Origin: Planctomycetota bacterium | GTDB lineage: Bacteria > Planctomycetota > UBA8108 > SXIK01 | Length of the DNA stretch: 64,000 bases | Assembly: GCA_965223265.1 (NCBI GenBank) | Contig: OZ244999.1 | Coordinates: 6,560,001-6,624,000, forward strand | Direction: 5' to 3' | Shown here: positions 28,650-38,498 of the stretch, one piece after another | Position numbering within the stretch: the stretch's first letter is position 1 | How the letters are laid out: each line of letters starts with the position of its first letter | Notes under the pieces: model-generated | Database searches by the model: none | What the model saw: only the letters and a program-made list of their open reading frames with translations | What the model was told of the DNA's origin: nothing | Made by a program: the position numbers and the translations under genes

Positions 28650-29989
28650 GGCGTCGGCCTCCGCTCAGCGTCTCGCTTCTGGTCAGAGAGTTCGCGCACG
28701 AGCTCTGTGGTCACGCCGCCCTCATGAAGCTCGAAGATGCCTTCGAGAACGCGGCGACGAGCAGCTTCGACTTCGAGAAGGCGAGTTGGTCCGAGAGCCT
28801 GGATCTTCTCGCGTAGACGCTCCCCATGACGCCGTGACAGGTTACGTGTCACCTTCTTGAAAACCTCGCGCCCCGTGCTCTTCAGTGCCATCGCGAGGTC
28901 ATTGGGATCGACCCTTTTGAGCGCCTTCTGAAGGTACCTGTCCTCGAGCTGGATGAGCTGTTCGAAGACGAGGAGATGCTTGCCGACCTCTTCGGCAATC
29001 TCCGGTGCGACCTGCTTCATGTGGTCAAATGACTCGGCCGCTTCGTCACGGTTAGACGCCCTGAGAATTTGAGCGACAGCTTGAGCGCCCGTCTGACCAG
29101 AGAGCGATGCGAATCGTGCCCCCGACAGCTGCGTCTTCAGGACTCTTTCGACAGCACGAAGAGCTTCCTGCGAGGCGCCGTCGAGCGTGGCCAGACGTCG
29201 AAGAACACCATGGCGACGCTGCGGGGTCAGCCGTGCCAAAACGTCGGAGGCGAGTGCCGGACCAACGTGTGCCAGGACGATCGCTACGGTTTGCTCCCGT
29301 TCGTCTTGCAGGCAGGAGAGAAGACTTTCGCCGTTGACGTGCTTTGAAATCGAAAAATGCTTGCGGCCGTGATGGGCAGCCAAGAGCCGCAGCAGGTGAT
29401 CGGCCTTCTGCGGCGCGATCGAACTTCTGATGAGCTTTGATGCCAACTCCCAGCCGCCCTCTTGGACAACACCTTGGGCTCGCTCGATGTCGTGAAACTC
29501 CTCGATCACCTCCATGACGGCGTCTCGATCCACGACACCAAGGCTAGCGATCTCCGCAGTGACGCGACTCATCTCCTCGTCGGAAAGGCAGCGTAGGAGA
29601 CGTGAAGCCGCTTCCTCATCGAGCGCGAGGACGAAAATGGCGGCTTTCGAGATTCCCTTCAGCTGAGTGCGACGCGGGTCAGGATGACGCGGGTCAGGGT
29701 GACGGGGGGCGAACGCTCCGACGGTGCTTTCGTCTGCGGGACTGGTGCGGCTGTCAGCGCTCGACAGCAGGTGAGACGGCGGAGCCCCTTCGTCAACGGC
29801 GACGAAGTCGTGGTCGAGGTCTGCTGCGTCCTCAGGCTCACCGTCGTCGAGCCGCTCCGCACCATCAAACTCCGCGGCAGCGTCCTCAGGCTCAAGGTCC
29901 GTAGACGAGCGCGCGGTCTCATCGAGGTGAGTACGACGGTAACGTCGGCCTTGAGATTCCTGATCGACCGCGATGGCGTCGACTTCCAT
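28646..29989 (-). CDS. fliG: C-ring protein FliG with an acidic N-terminal extension
   Basis: GISKAAIFVLAL, EREQTVAIVLAH, LVFEQL, DLAMALK, NLSRR, GPTRLLEVEAA. Confidence 0.9.
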   Translation of the reverse strand: MEVDAIAVDQESQGRRYRRTHLDETARSSTDLEPEDAAAEFDGAERLDDGEPEDAADLDHDFVAVDEGAPPSHLLSSADSRTSPADESTVGAFAPRHPDPRHPDPRRTQLKGISKAAIFVLALDEEAASRLLRCLSDEEMSRVTAEIASLGVVDRDAVMEVIEEFHDIERAQGVVQEGGWELASKLIRSSIAPQKADHLLRLLAAHHGRKHFSISKHVNGESLLSCLQDEREQTVAIVLAHVGPALASDVLARLTPQRRHGVLRRLATLDGASQEALRAVERVLKTQLSGARFASLSGQTGAQAVAQILRASNRDEAAESFDHMKQVAPEIAEEVGKHLLVFEQLIQLEDRYLQKALKRVDPNDLAMALKSTGREVFKKVTRNLSRRHGERLREKIQALGPTRLLEVEAARRRVLEGIFELHEGGVTTELVRELSDQKRDAERRPTP

Positions 29990-31668
29990 CAGTGCGCATC
30001 TCCTTCGGCCTGGAGCGAAGACTTAGAGTCTTCTGAAAGCCACACGCGCACCACCGACGCCGCTGCCTGGGGCCGCTCACAGACCCATTGGCTCGCGCGT
30101 TCGACTGAGCCGAGAAAGGACTCTGGCGTCGCAGCTTGCTCTGCTTTGGCACCGTACCCACCCACTTGAGACGTGTCGTCCGCGACTTCCTCTTGTTGAG
30201 CCGCAGCTCCTTTGCGACCGGTTGCAACGCGCCGCCGCGCCGCACGGCGGCGCCAGAAAAGACCGACGAACGCGACAAGGACGACACCAGACGCAGCGCC
30301 GGCAACCCAACGCTTCGGCTGAGAATCGAACAAGACGAACAACGACCCGAAGGCGCGTTGGAACGACTGCAAGGCCGAAGTCGGCTCACTGGCGGCCGTT
30401 GACTCGCCGGTCGCTGGGTCGTTCCCCACCTCCTCGGTGCCAGCGCCTTCTTCGGTGTCTACCACGGTTGCAACCCCTTGGGGTTCAGTGTCGCCATCGT
30501 CAGGCCTCACGACGATCAAGACGTGAGACACAAACGGCGCAAAGTGTGTCAGCAGCTGACGTCGGTGCGCATCTTCAAACCAGCGTAGTTCTAGCGAGCC
30601 GTCGTCGCTGTCGACACCATCAGCGACGCTGCACGATAAGCGCAGCACGGCCGATTCGGCGAGTGTGACACGAATCCGTGCCGCACCGGCGAGCTCCACT
30701 ACATCCGCGCTGGATCCGCTCGCGGCGTGCCCGGCGGCCGGCGACGCGCCACCTACGTCGCTGCCGGCATCGTCTCCCAACGCTTCGTCTCCGATGGCGC
30801 CGTCTCTTGTGGTAGCGTCATGGGCGACGCTCGGAACTGGCTGAAAAGTACCAATGCCGCCGGCAGCGCCATGTGCAGCCGCTCGACGCGGCACGCCTCG
30901 AACAACGCGCACGGAGACGTCGAATTCGTGCGGCGGCAAGACGCCGCCGTAGAACTCACCCAAGCCATCGAGCAGCCACTCGTGTAGCTCTTCGGGCGTC
31001 CGAGGTGCACTCACCCGTTGAGTGTAGACGTTCCCGTGATCGTCGGTGATCGAAACTCGGTCCGCGCCGAGGTTGAATGACCTGCTGACCATCTGACGCA
31101 CGGCACGGGCTTGACGTGCAGGCAGTCGCATCACGCCGTGCCCGAGCGTAAGAAAAACCGAGGCCGTACCGTCTGCCGCGTCGTGGAGGCGCCCTCCCCG
31201 CGGCTTGTTCAGTTCGACCGTGGCCCGGGCGACGGTACTGTAGCCCTCGATGTTGCGGCTGATGCGCTTGCGCTTCAAATCTGCGTTCCGATCTGAAAGC
31301 CAGGTCGAAGGCACCCACGGGGACGGTGGCTTGTCAAACGCATTCGGCGGTTCGGCCGACTCGACCTCAAGAAGCTTGACGGCACGGGGCAGTTGATCGA
31401 CCGCGACCTCGAGGCGACTACCGCCAGCCGCCGGGGCAGCGCGGACGATGATCCCCGCCCCCTCGAGCCGCTGGCGGAGGGCCGCGACTTCGTGATCCGA
31501 GGAGTCGAGGAGCACGACGAACTCAGGCCTAGGAACGGTCGTCGCCCCCCACACAATCAAACCAAGCGCCGCGGCCATGACGCCGACGTAGGCGAGCCTT
31601 TGCAGTGGCGACAGCGACTGCCAGAGGTTCCTCACCTCAGCTTGAATTCGGTGCACGAAGGGTCTCAC
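29989..31668 (-). CDS. fliF: divergent MS-ring protein FliF (start could be 31710)
   Basis: N-terminal TM, ring motif VARATVEL...ASVFL...VSITDDHG, second TM, C-terminal PQAAASVVRVWL; overlaps the fliG start. Confidence 0.78.
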   Translation of the reverse strand: MRPFVHRIQAEVRNLWQSLSPLQRLAYVGVMAAALGLIVWGATTVPRPEFVVLLDSSDHEVAALRQRLEGAGIIVRAAPAAGGSRLEVAVDQLPRAVKLLEVESAEPPNAFDKPPSPWVPSTWLSDRNADLKRKRISRNIEGYSTVARATVELNKPRGGRLHDAADGTASVFLTLGHGVMRLPARQARAVRQMVSRSFNLGADRVSITDDHGNVYTQRVSAPRTPEELHEWLLDGLGEFYGGVLPPHEFDVSVRVVRGVPRRAAAHGAAGGIGTFQPVPSVAHDATTRDGAIGDEALGDDAGSDVGGASPAAGHAASGSSADVVELAGAARIRVTLAESAVLRLSCSVADGVDSDDGSLELRWFEDAHRRQLLTHFAPFVSHVLIVVRPDDGDTEPQGVATVVDTEEGAGTEEVGNDPATGESTAASEPTSALQSFQRAFGSLFVLFDSQPKRWVAGAASGVVLVAFVGLFWRRRAARRRVATGRKGAAAQQEEVADDTSQVGGYGAKAEQAATPESFLGSVERASQWVCERPQAAASVVRVWLSEDSKSSLQAEGDAH

Positions 31669-31963
31669 CGCGACCTCAGAGCCAGTCCGGGCGGCGACGC
31701 CCAGCAGCAATCCTCTTCCGAGAAAAAAAGGGAAAAGGAACGAGCGTCCACGACCAGAAGACCCGTCCCCGTTTCCCGTCTCTCCTAGCGGCCAAAACCG
31801 CTAAGCTCCAACCCCGAATGCTCCAAACTCTTCTCTCTTCACTCACGACAGCTGACCCGCGGGGGGAGCAGCCGCAATCCAAGGGCGCCGGGCTTGGAAA
31901 TCCTTCCGTAACCCCAAGTTATGGCTCTGGAGCACTCGAGAGCTGGTCCGCTAACATAGCGAC

Positions 31964-31984
31964 TGTTTTACAAAGTGTAAAGCA
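31964..31984. promoter_or_regulatory. palindromic operator TTTACA-N3-TGTAAA upstream of fliF
   Basis: TGTTTTACAAAGTGTAAAGCA; near-identical site at 32562-32576. Confidence 0.45.
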
Positions 31985-32214
31985 GATTCTGAGATTTCCG
32001 GAACCATGTGCCCTGAAGGCTTTTCGGCCTTTGCGCGGGACGGAGTGCAACCGCCGCAACCGGGACTCGGAAGGGTCGCAGTTCACCCTCGGAGCGGCTA
32101 CAGCTCACAGCTCGCCGTCCGTCCCCACAGCCTCCGCAAACACGCGTCGCGGGCGGGGGAGCGAGGTGCGAGTTCGCGACCGCTTCGGTCCCAAGTCAAC
32201 GTCCCGACGGCACT

Positions 32215-32463
32215 TCAAGCACGGCGACTGGCGTCCTGCTCCTGGACAAGCCGCATGATCTCCTTCAGGCTATGGTGCTCACGCAGTCGCTTGATCAGCT
32301 CCAGACGATCGAACACCTCCTCAGGGTACAGCCGATGCCCTGACTCAGTGCGCTCCGCTTCCGTGATGAGCCCCAGCATGGTGTAGTTGTGGATCGTCTG
32401 CCGCGACAGCTCCGAGTAGCGCATCACTTCGCCGATCTTGAACAGCTTCTTCGGTCGCGGCAT
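32215..32463 (-). CDS. MerR-family HTH regulator (HTH only)
   Basis: FKIGEVMRYSELSRQTIHNYTMLGLI...RTESGHRLY. Confidence 0.9.
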   Translation of the reverse strand: MPRPKKLFKIGEVMRYSELSRQTIHNYTMLGLITEAERTESGHRLYPEEVFDRLELIKRLREHHSLKEIMRLVQEQDASRRA

Positions 32464-32561
32464 GGTCAGTCAGTCTCTTCGTTGCAGTCGCCCGCTCCGC
32501 TACCGGCGAGGCAATCTCCGTAAATACCTTGTCGAGCATCGGGGCCGAGAATCTTGAGTCG

Positions 32562-32576
32562 TTTACAAATTATAAA
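32562..32576. promoter_or_regulatory. second palindrome TTTACA-N3-TATAAA upstream of the MerR-like gene
   Basis: TTTACAAATTATAAA; half-sites differ by one base from the 31967-31981 site. Confidence 0.4.
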
Positions 32577-32788
32577 GTGTCTCCGGCGCCAAGCGAGACG
32601 GGCGCCGCGCGCTGGGCCTGCCGAAAACCTAGAATCACCCGCACGCCGGACTGACCTTCGTCTCTTGCGCCGCGTCGAGCTGAGCGTGCGCACCTTTGCC
32701 GAACCCCGGGCGGCCCGCCGCTGATAAGATGGTTGTTTGTCGGGCGACTCAGCTCGGTTCTGGCCTCATCGGAGTGGAGGACCTCAAC

Positions 32789-32962
32789 GTGGATAAGAAA
32801 GCCAAGAAGAAGATCCAGTTGCTCAACAAAAAAATCTCGAGCCTGCGCCAACAGCTGAAAGGAGCGAAGACTCAACTCGACGACAAGAGTGAAGTTGCTG
32901 ACATGGAAGCCCAGCTCGCCAACCTGCTGAAAGAACTCGAAGCGACGAAGCAGTCCGGCTGA
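32789..32962 (+). CDS. small coiled-coil protein
   Basis: GTG start after GGAGG; MDKKAKKKIQLLNKK...LKELEATKQSG, heptad pattern. Confidence 0.7.
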   Translation: MDKKAKKKIQLLNKKISSLRQQLKGAKTQLDDKSEVADMEAQLANLLKELEATKQSG

Positions 32963-33036
32963 GCGACAAGCGCAGCAAAGAACTGCGCCGCCGCGGACAA
33001 GACTCCGAGCCGAGACAGCACGCCGTAGCCCCTATT

Positions 33037-34932
33037 GTGAATTCGACTAGCGAACCAGATTCGAACTATCGTGCCGTAGAAATCGTCGAGCGGCTGACGG
33101 AACAGATGCGCTCGCTTCCTGATCTCGGTAGCCAACGCCTCGCCGAGCTGCGGAACGCCACGCTTGTGCTTCTCGAGACCAAGCTTTTGCCGGAGACTCG
33201 CATCGAGTCTCTGCCGGTGTTCGTCGCCGTTCGCGGCGGTGCCAATGTCGGCAAAACGACGGTGTTCAACGCCCTCGCCGGACAACTGATCTCCCCGTCC
33301 ACCGTCCAGGCAGGCTCTACCCGACACCCTCTCGTTTTCCTCCACGAGAAATGGCGCAGTGCGTTCTTTCCGACGCCATGCTTGGCGGGTGTCGAATGCC
33401 GCGAGCTCAAAGACCCCAGAGAGCTACTCGAAGACGCAGATCGCTCCGACCTGCTCTTTTTCCGTTTTCATGACAGCGCCCGGTCGGAATCGCTCGCCCT
33501 CATCGACTCACCTGACGCGGACAGTTCCGAGCCTTTCAACAGAATTGGGTCGCGCCGTGCCAGCGCCTTGGCGGATCTCACCGTGTTCGTGACGACAGCA
33601 CAGAAGTACAACGACCTCGTGCTCGTTGACGACCTCATCGAAACGCTGCAGCGCCAGGCGCGTGTTTACGCGGTGTTCAACTGTGTTGGAGAAGATGTAG
33701 TTTTTGAGACACTCCTCGCCGATCTGAAGCGGGTCTTGGCGCGGACGCCCGGGCTCCCTGCTCTCTCAGGTGCGTGGAGGCTTCCACTGAGTCACCACCG
33801 ACACCCCGAGGAAGACCTGGGACCGTTCTTGCGGCAAAACCTCGTCGACGAACTTGGTTCTCTGCAGGCCGAGCAGGTCAAACCGAAACTCCTGCGCAGC
33901 ACCGTCGCAACCATCAAGACGAGCACTGATGCCATCACGGACGAGCTCGCCGGAGAGACGGAATTTCAGTCACAGCTCGCGACTCTGATTGAGCTTCAGA
34001 GAAAAGAGTGCACAGACGCCTACGCTGCCGCGTCTCGCCTTGCGTTCCCAGAAGAAAGCGCAGCCTTGGCGAAGGTTCTGCGCTACACCGAAGTTGGCTC
34101 GTTGATCGAGTCGTGGAGTCGGATCGAAAACGCCAATCGCTTGCTCAAGACGTTTGGCCGTGGCATGCGTCTCGTCAACGAAAAAGTCCGTCGTCTTCTG
34201 CTCCTTCTCGCACGGCGCCATGAGGGAACAGTGTCGGAAGAGCGAGGCGGTCTGGAGGAGTACATCGAGACTCGTGACCAGAGTGACGCCGACGCGGCGA
34301 CGAAACACGCCGAGAGTCTGCGCGTTCGCATTGAGAGTTTTCTACGCGATCACGAAGCGACGTCCGCCACGGCGAGGCACCTGCTAGCGAACCATTCAAC
34401 ACCGTCGCAAGCACGCGAGTTCGCTCCCGGTTTTCACGATGCATACCTCGAACACGTTCGAACCATGCCGGACCGTGGTTCGGATCTTTTGCCGCGTGTG
34501 GACGCATGGATCGAAGCGAACCGCTCTACCGTCCGCACACTACAGGCGCTGAGTATGCTATTCAAAATCGGTCTAGGACTCACCGTGGCGTATATCCTGC
34601 CCCCAGCCACGGGCTTCTTCCAAGGCCTGTTTCACATCCTCAAGTGGTTCTATTTCTCCCTTGGCTACCTAGGCGCCAGCTACCTCCTCGCCGTGATCGT
34701 CTCGAAGCGCCTGCCAGACCGAGCAAGATTTCGTGCAGCGCGGCGTACAGCCCTCGAAAACAAAATCGACGAGAGGCTGCTCGAACCGCTGCGCACGGCG
34801 GTGGACGGTCTTCACAGCAAGTCCACGTGCCAAGAGATCTCGCGGCTAACGCACGAGTTGAGCCGCGCGGTCCGCAGCGGCCAAGAGCCCGAGGCTGCGG
34901 CCGCGCAAGTCGAGAGCTCGGGGGACGCTTGA
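33037..34932 (+). CDS. dynamin-like/TRAFAC GTPase with C-terminal TM helices
   Basis: G1 GGANVGKTT, G3 LIDSPDADS, TTAQKYND, helical stalk, two hydrophobic helices. Confidence 0.8.
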   Translation: MNSTSEPDSNYRAVEIVERLTEQMRSLPDLGSQRLAELRNATLVLLETKLLPETRIESLPVFVAVRGGANVGKTTVFNALAGQLISPSTVQAGSTRHPLVFLHEKWRSAFFPTPCLAGVECRELKDPRELLEDADRSDLLFFRFHDSARSESLALIDSPDADSSEPFNRIGSRRASALADLTVFVTTAQKYNDLVLVDDLIETLQRQARVYAVFNCVGEDVVFETLLADLKRVLARTPGLPALSGAWRLPLSHHRHPEEDLGPFLRQNLVDELGSLQAEQVKPKLLRSTVATIKTSTDAITDELAGETEFQSQLATLIELQRKECTDAYAAASRLAFPEESAALAKVLRYTEVGSLIESWSRIENANRLLKTFGRGMRLVNEKVRRLLLLLARRHEGTVSEERGGLEEYIETRDQSDADAATKHAESLRVRIESFLRDHEATSATARHLLANHSTPSQAREFAPGFHDAYLEHVRTMPDRGSDLLPRVDAWIEANRSTVRTLQALSMLFKIGLGLTVAYILPPATGFFQGLFHILKWFYFSLGYLGASYLLAVIVSKRLPDRARFRAARRTALENKIDERLLEPLRTAVDGLHSKSTCQEISRLTHELSRAVRSGQEPEAAAAQVESSGDA

Positions 34933-35035
34933 CCTCGTAGCGGGCACACGCCACGGCGTGCCGTCCGCTCACTTGTCAGTCCTGAGCACCGAGTCACCTC
35001 GACACAGGCACGGGTTCACAGAGGTTAACTTAACG

Positions 35036-35806
35036 TTAAGGCACGGGGTCATAACCGCCGCGTGCCAGCGGATGGCAGCGCAGTAGACGCCGCGAACCAA
35101 GCCACAATCCACGCAACACGCCGTGGCGGCTCACCGCTTCACAACAAAACTCGCTGCACGTCGGGTGGAACCGGCACGCCGCGGGAAGCAGAGGCGACAG
35201 GCGTCGCTTGTAGAATCGCAGGCAGCAAACAACCGCACGTTGAAGCGGCGCGGCGTCGGCGCCTAGCGCGTCGCTGCCCTCGGCCACGGAGCGATTCGCG
35301 CCGCTACTCGCTGGCTTTGCTTGGTGCGTTCGAGACGCTGAATGAGTGCCATCGCGTCGAGCTCGACCGCCTCCAGACGCGCTTTTTGCGCCGCCAGAAT
35401 CGGTCCGGCCGCTATGCCTGCCACGCCCCGGGCGCCGGCGTCGCGGTCGCGGCCGCGGCCGAAACGGAGGCGCGCCAGACTCGATGAAGGCAATGCAATC
35501 CCTAAATGCTGCGTCGAATTCGGCAAGAGAGTGAAGGGCCGTCGGCACGAAAACGATGTCGTGGTTCCGCGGCAACGCGCTCTTGTGGCGTCGAAACGTC
35601 TCACGCAGCAGACGCTTCAGCCTTGAGCGTACCGGAGAATTACCCAGTTTCTTCCGCACGACAAGGCCGAGCCGGGAGTCGTCGCGGGCGGTTGGCATGT
35701 AGTGGATGACGAGGTAGCGAGTCCGATAGAGAAACCCGTCGCGGAACACCCGACGATAATCGAGCGGTGTCTTGAGGCGCTCTGCCGGTCTCAAGGTCTG
35801 ACTCAT
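35036..35806 (-). CDS. rnpA: RnpA (RNase P protein)-YidD fusion
   Basis: N-terminal ERLK...[28 protein letters not shown]; C-terminal [20 protein letters not shown]...RCHP...GGYDPVP; one open frame. Confidence 0.85.
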   Translation of the reverse strand: MSQTLRPAERLKTPLDYRRVFRDGFLYRTRYLVIHYMPTARDDSRLGLVVRKKLGNSPVRSRLKRLLRETFRRHKSALPRNHDIVFVPTALHSLAEFDAAFRDCIAFIESGAPPFRPRPRPRRRRPGRGRHSGRTDSGGAKSASGGGRARRDGTHSASRTHQAKPASSGANRSVAEGSDALGADAAPLQRAVVCCLRFYKRRLSPLLPAACRFHPTCSEFCCEAVSRHGVLRGLWLGSRRLLRCHPLARGGYDPVP

Positions 35807-36086
35807 CGTTACCAACTATAGACTCTTTATAGACTCTCCCCCGACGCCCTCCAAACAGCGGCGAGCCGAAGGCGTCTCTTGCCGTCATTTATCGCAGGTT
35901 ATGGGGTCTACTCCGTTATCGTCGGCTGCCGCATCTTCATACGATACTCGAGCGCATGGCCCGCTCAACCCTGAGGCCTGAAAAAGGAGCACGGATCTAC
36001 ATAACCTCGGAGGCATGATCCCGCGGCGCAGAGTTGTTCTCCATGCCCAGGCGACATAACGCTCGCCACCGCTCCATGTGGCGAGC

Positions 36087-36114
36087 TTGACAGCGTCACC
36101 TAGGGGCATAGAAT
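36087..36114 (+). promoter_or_regulatory. sigma-70-like promoter for the lolCDE-like genes
   Basis: TTGACA-N16-TAGAAT, followed by AGGAG before the TTG start. Confidence 0.6.
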
Positions 36115-36156
36115 CCTGTTTCGCCGGACCTCCTTAGCGCCATCAGGAGTTGATCT

Positions 36157-37710
36157 TTGCACAGCGTCATCGGCACGGCTTTCCATCCCCGAACCATCGT
36201 CGTCCTCGTCAGCGTCGGTGTCGTTCTGTGCGTGGTCCTCGTGGCGCTCAACAGAAGCTCGCGCCCCTATCAGACAAGCCTCAGCCGCCGCTACCTATTC
36301 CGCCGCTTCTCGGCGTTCGCCGCGTTCCTGTCGATTGGCTTCGGTGTCGCGGTCATCCTCATCGTCCTCAGCATCATGGGCGGCTATCTGGCAGAGTTCC
36401 GCAAGAAACTTCGAGGACAGGTTTCCGATGTCGTCGTGGAAAGTCGCGAATACTACGGCCTTACAGGGGCGCGCGAGATCAAGACGCGCCTCAGCGGCAT
36501 CGACAACGTCGCGGCGACCTCGACATTCGTCGAGTCGCTGGCTATGTTTCGCAGCCTGGAGCAATTCAACCCTTGCGAGTTGATCGGCATTGATATTGAC
36601 CGTCACCTAGCGGTCAGCGATCTAGGAAGCTATACACTTCGCCCAGAGGAGCTGACTGACGTGCTGTCGCGCGCAGAGCGAGACGCAGACGGCGCCATCG
36701 CGACAGCTTCGAGTCGCCAGATCATCGCTACGGAATTGGTCGACGGGCTCCTGCGTTCACCTGATCGCCCCCCCCTATCGAACGAAGAGTTCGCGCAGCT
36801 CTTCAACGTCGAGACAAGGCGTGAAGTCCTACGGCAGCACAATCACCCAGAGGTATTCCGGGAGCTCCAGCGCGCCCCGCCACAAGGCGTTTTGGTGGGC
36901 GCTCAATTACTTTTTGAGGGTTCCTTGTTCCTCGGTCAAGTACTCAGCGTCGTGACGGTGAAGCCTGGCACCACCGAACATACAGACCTTCAGCTAGTGG
37001 TTGTGGGCGCGTTCAAGACCGGCGCGTTCGAGGCGGATTCTCAGATCCTCTACACCAACGTCCAAACGCTGCGAAACGCCCTAGAACTCTACGATCCAGA
37101 AACTGGCGCACGTCGTTACCAGGGGCTGAAAGTCGCGATCGCTGACCATTCGCGCTTCGAGGAGACACTTGATGAAATCAGGTCGGCACTTGCCGTTCAT
37201 TCACCCGAACTGCGGGCCAGTGCGTGGTATGAACGACGACGCACGACGATGATGGCGGTCGAGCGCGAAATGTTCGTGATCTATTTTCTGCTCGTTCTCC
37301 TCGTCGCTTTCACCGCCTGTATGATTTTGCTCATGCTGCTTCTCACCGTGATCGAGAAGACCCGAGACATCGGAATCTTACTTGCACTCGGCGCAACGCC
37401 TGCCGGCATCGTGCGCGTTTTTCTCATCAACGGACTGACGCTCACTCTGGCAGGCACGATGGCAGGCCTATTGGGCGGCTACGCGTTCTGCCGCAAGATC
37501 AACGAAATCCATGCGGCGTTTCATGGTTTGACGGGGATCCATTTGTTCCCTCCCGAAATCTACGACATGGATAGAATCCCGGTTCGGTTTGACCCTTCGG
37601 ACGTCCTTTTGAGCGTCGCTCCCGCCCTCTTGCTGGGTTTCCTCGCCAGTTTGGTGCCGGCAGTTTGGGCTTCCCGCCATGATCCTGTTAAGGCCATTCA
37701 TCAAGAATGA
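36157..37710 (+). CDS. LolC/E-family ABC permease
   Basis: IGFGVAVILIVLSIMGG, EKTRDIGILLALGA, IYDMDRIP, PAVWASRHDPVKAI. Confidence 0.9.
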   Translation: MHSVIGTAFHPRTIVVLVSVGVVLCVVLVALNRSSRPYQTSLSRRYLFRRFSAFAAFLSIGFGVAVILIVLSIMGGYLAEFRKKLRGQVSDVVVESREYYGLTGAREIKTRLSGIDNVAATSTFVESLAMFRSLEQFNPCELIGIDIDRHLAVSDLGSYTLRPEELTDVLSRAERDADGAIATASSRQIIATELVDGLLRSPDRPPLSNEEFAQLFNVETRREVLRQHNHPEVFRELQRAPPQGVLVGAQLLFEGSLFLGQVLSVVTVKPGTTEHTDLQLVVVGAFKTGAFEADSQILYTNVQTLRNALELYDPETGARRYQGLKVAIADHSRFEETLDEIRSALAVHSPELRASAWYERRRTTMMAVEREMFVIYFLLVLLVAFTACMILLMLLLTVIEKTRDIGILLALGATPAGIVRVFLINGLTLTLAGTMAGLLGGYAFCRKINEIHAAFHGLTGIHLFPPEIYDMDRIPVRFDPSDVLLSVAPALLLGFLASLVPAVWASRHDPVKAIHQE

Positions 37711-38498
37711 CACAGTCAAATTCACACGACTCACGAGCCGAGACGAATCAAACGACGACGGCAGAAGAGGGCCGAGAGGTCGGCGAGGCGATCTATCGAG
37801 CGGAGCGCATCACGAAGGACTATGTAATTCACAGCGGCAGCATCTCCGTCCTCAAGGGTGTCGAGTTTCAGATTCATCGAGGCGAAATCATTTCAGTCGT
37901 TGGCATGTCGGGAGTGGGCAAGAGTACGCTTCTCAACATCCTCGGGCTTCTGGACACGCCGACGTCGGGCCGCCTCGTCTACCGCGGTCGCGACGAGAGT
38001 TTGAGAGACCGTGACCTCACGACTCTCAATGCACGCCGACGCGCGGAAGTGCGGAATCGGGAGTTCGGTTTCGTCTTTCAGTTCTATCACCTCTTGCCTG
38101 ATTTATCCGTGCTCGAGAACGTGCTCCTTCCGGCCATGATCAGCCATCGGGGTGGCGCTTACAGAAAACTTCGCAAAGAGCTAACGGCACGAGCTAACGC
38201 CTTGCTCGAACAGGTCGGCATCGCGTCGCGACGAGACTTCTCCCCGACTCGCCTCTCGGGCGGCGAACGCCAACGCGCGGCGATCGCACGCGCGCTGATG
38301 AACGAGCCAGAAATCTTGTTCTGCGACGAACCAACCGGCAATCTTGATACTGCGACGGGCGAGAAGATTCATAAAGTGCTGCTTGAGCTCAACCGTTCGA
38401 CAGCCGTCGCGCTTGTCCTCGTGACCCACGAGGGTAGCTTGGCCAACCTCGCAGACCGAAAGCTCTCCATGCGCGATGGACTTTTCGTCGAAGCTTGA
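37707..38498 (+). CDS. lolD: LolD-like ABC ATP-binding protein
   Basis: GMSGVGKST, GFVFQFYHLLP, LSGGERQR, CDEPTGNLD. Confidence 0.9.
   Translation: MTQSNSHDSRAETNQTTTAEEGREVGEAIYRAERITKDYVIHSGSISVLKGVEFQIHRGEIISVVGMSGVGKSTLLNILGLLDTPTSGRLVYRGRDESLRDRDLTTLNARRRAEVRNREFGFVFQFYHLLPDLSVLENVLLPAMISHRGGAYRKLRKELTARANALLEQVGIASRRDFSPTRLSGGERQRAAIARALMNEPEILFCDEPTGNLDTATGEKIHKVLLELNRSTAVALVLVTHEGSLANLADRKLSMRDGLFVEA

Noticed and set aside
15951-31710. Cluster as an injectisome (non-flagellar T3SS)
   Set aside because: FliG, FliO, FlhF, FlhG, FliA and the gene order are flagellar; no secretin or needle genes.
35817-35837. TATAGACTCT direct repeat upstream of rnpA
   Set aside because: Only two copies and no other support.
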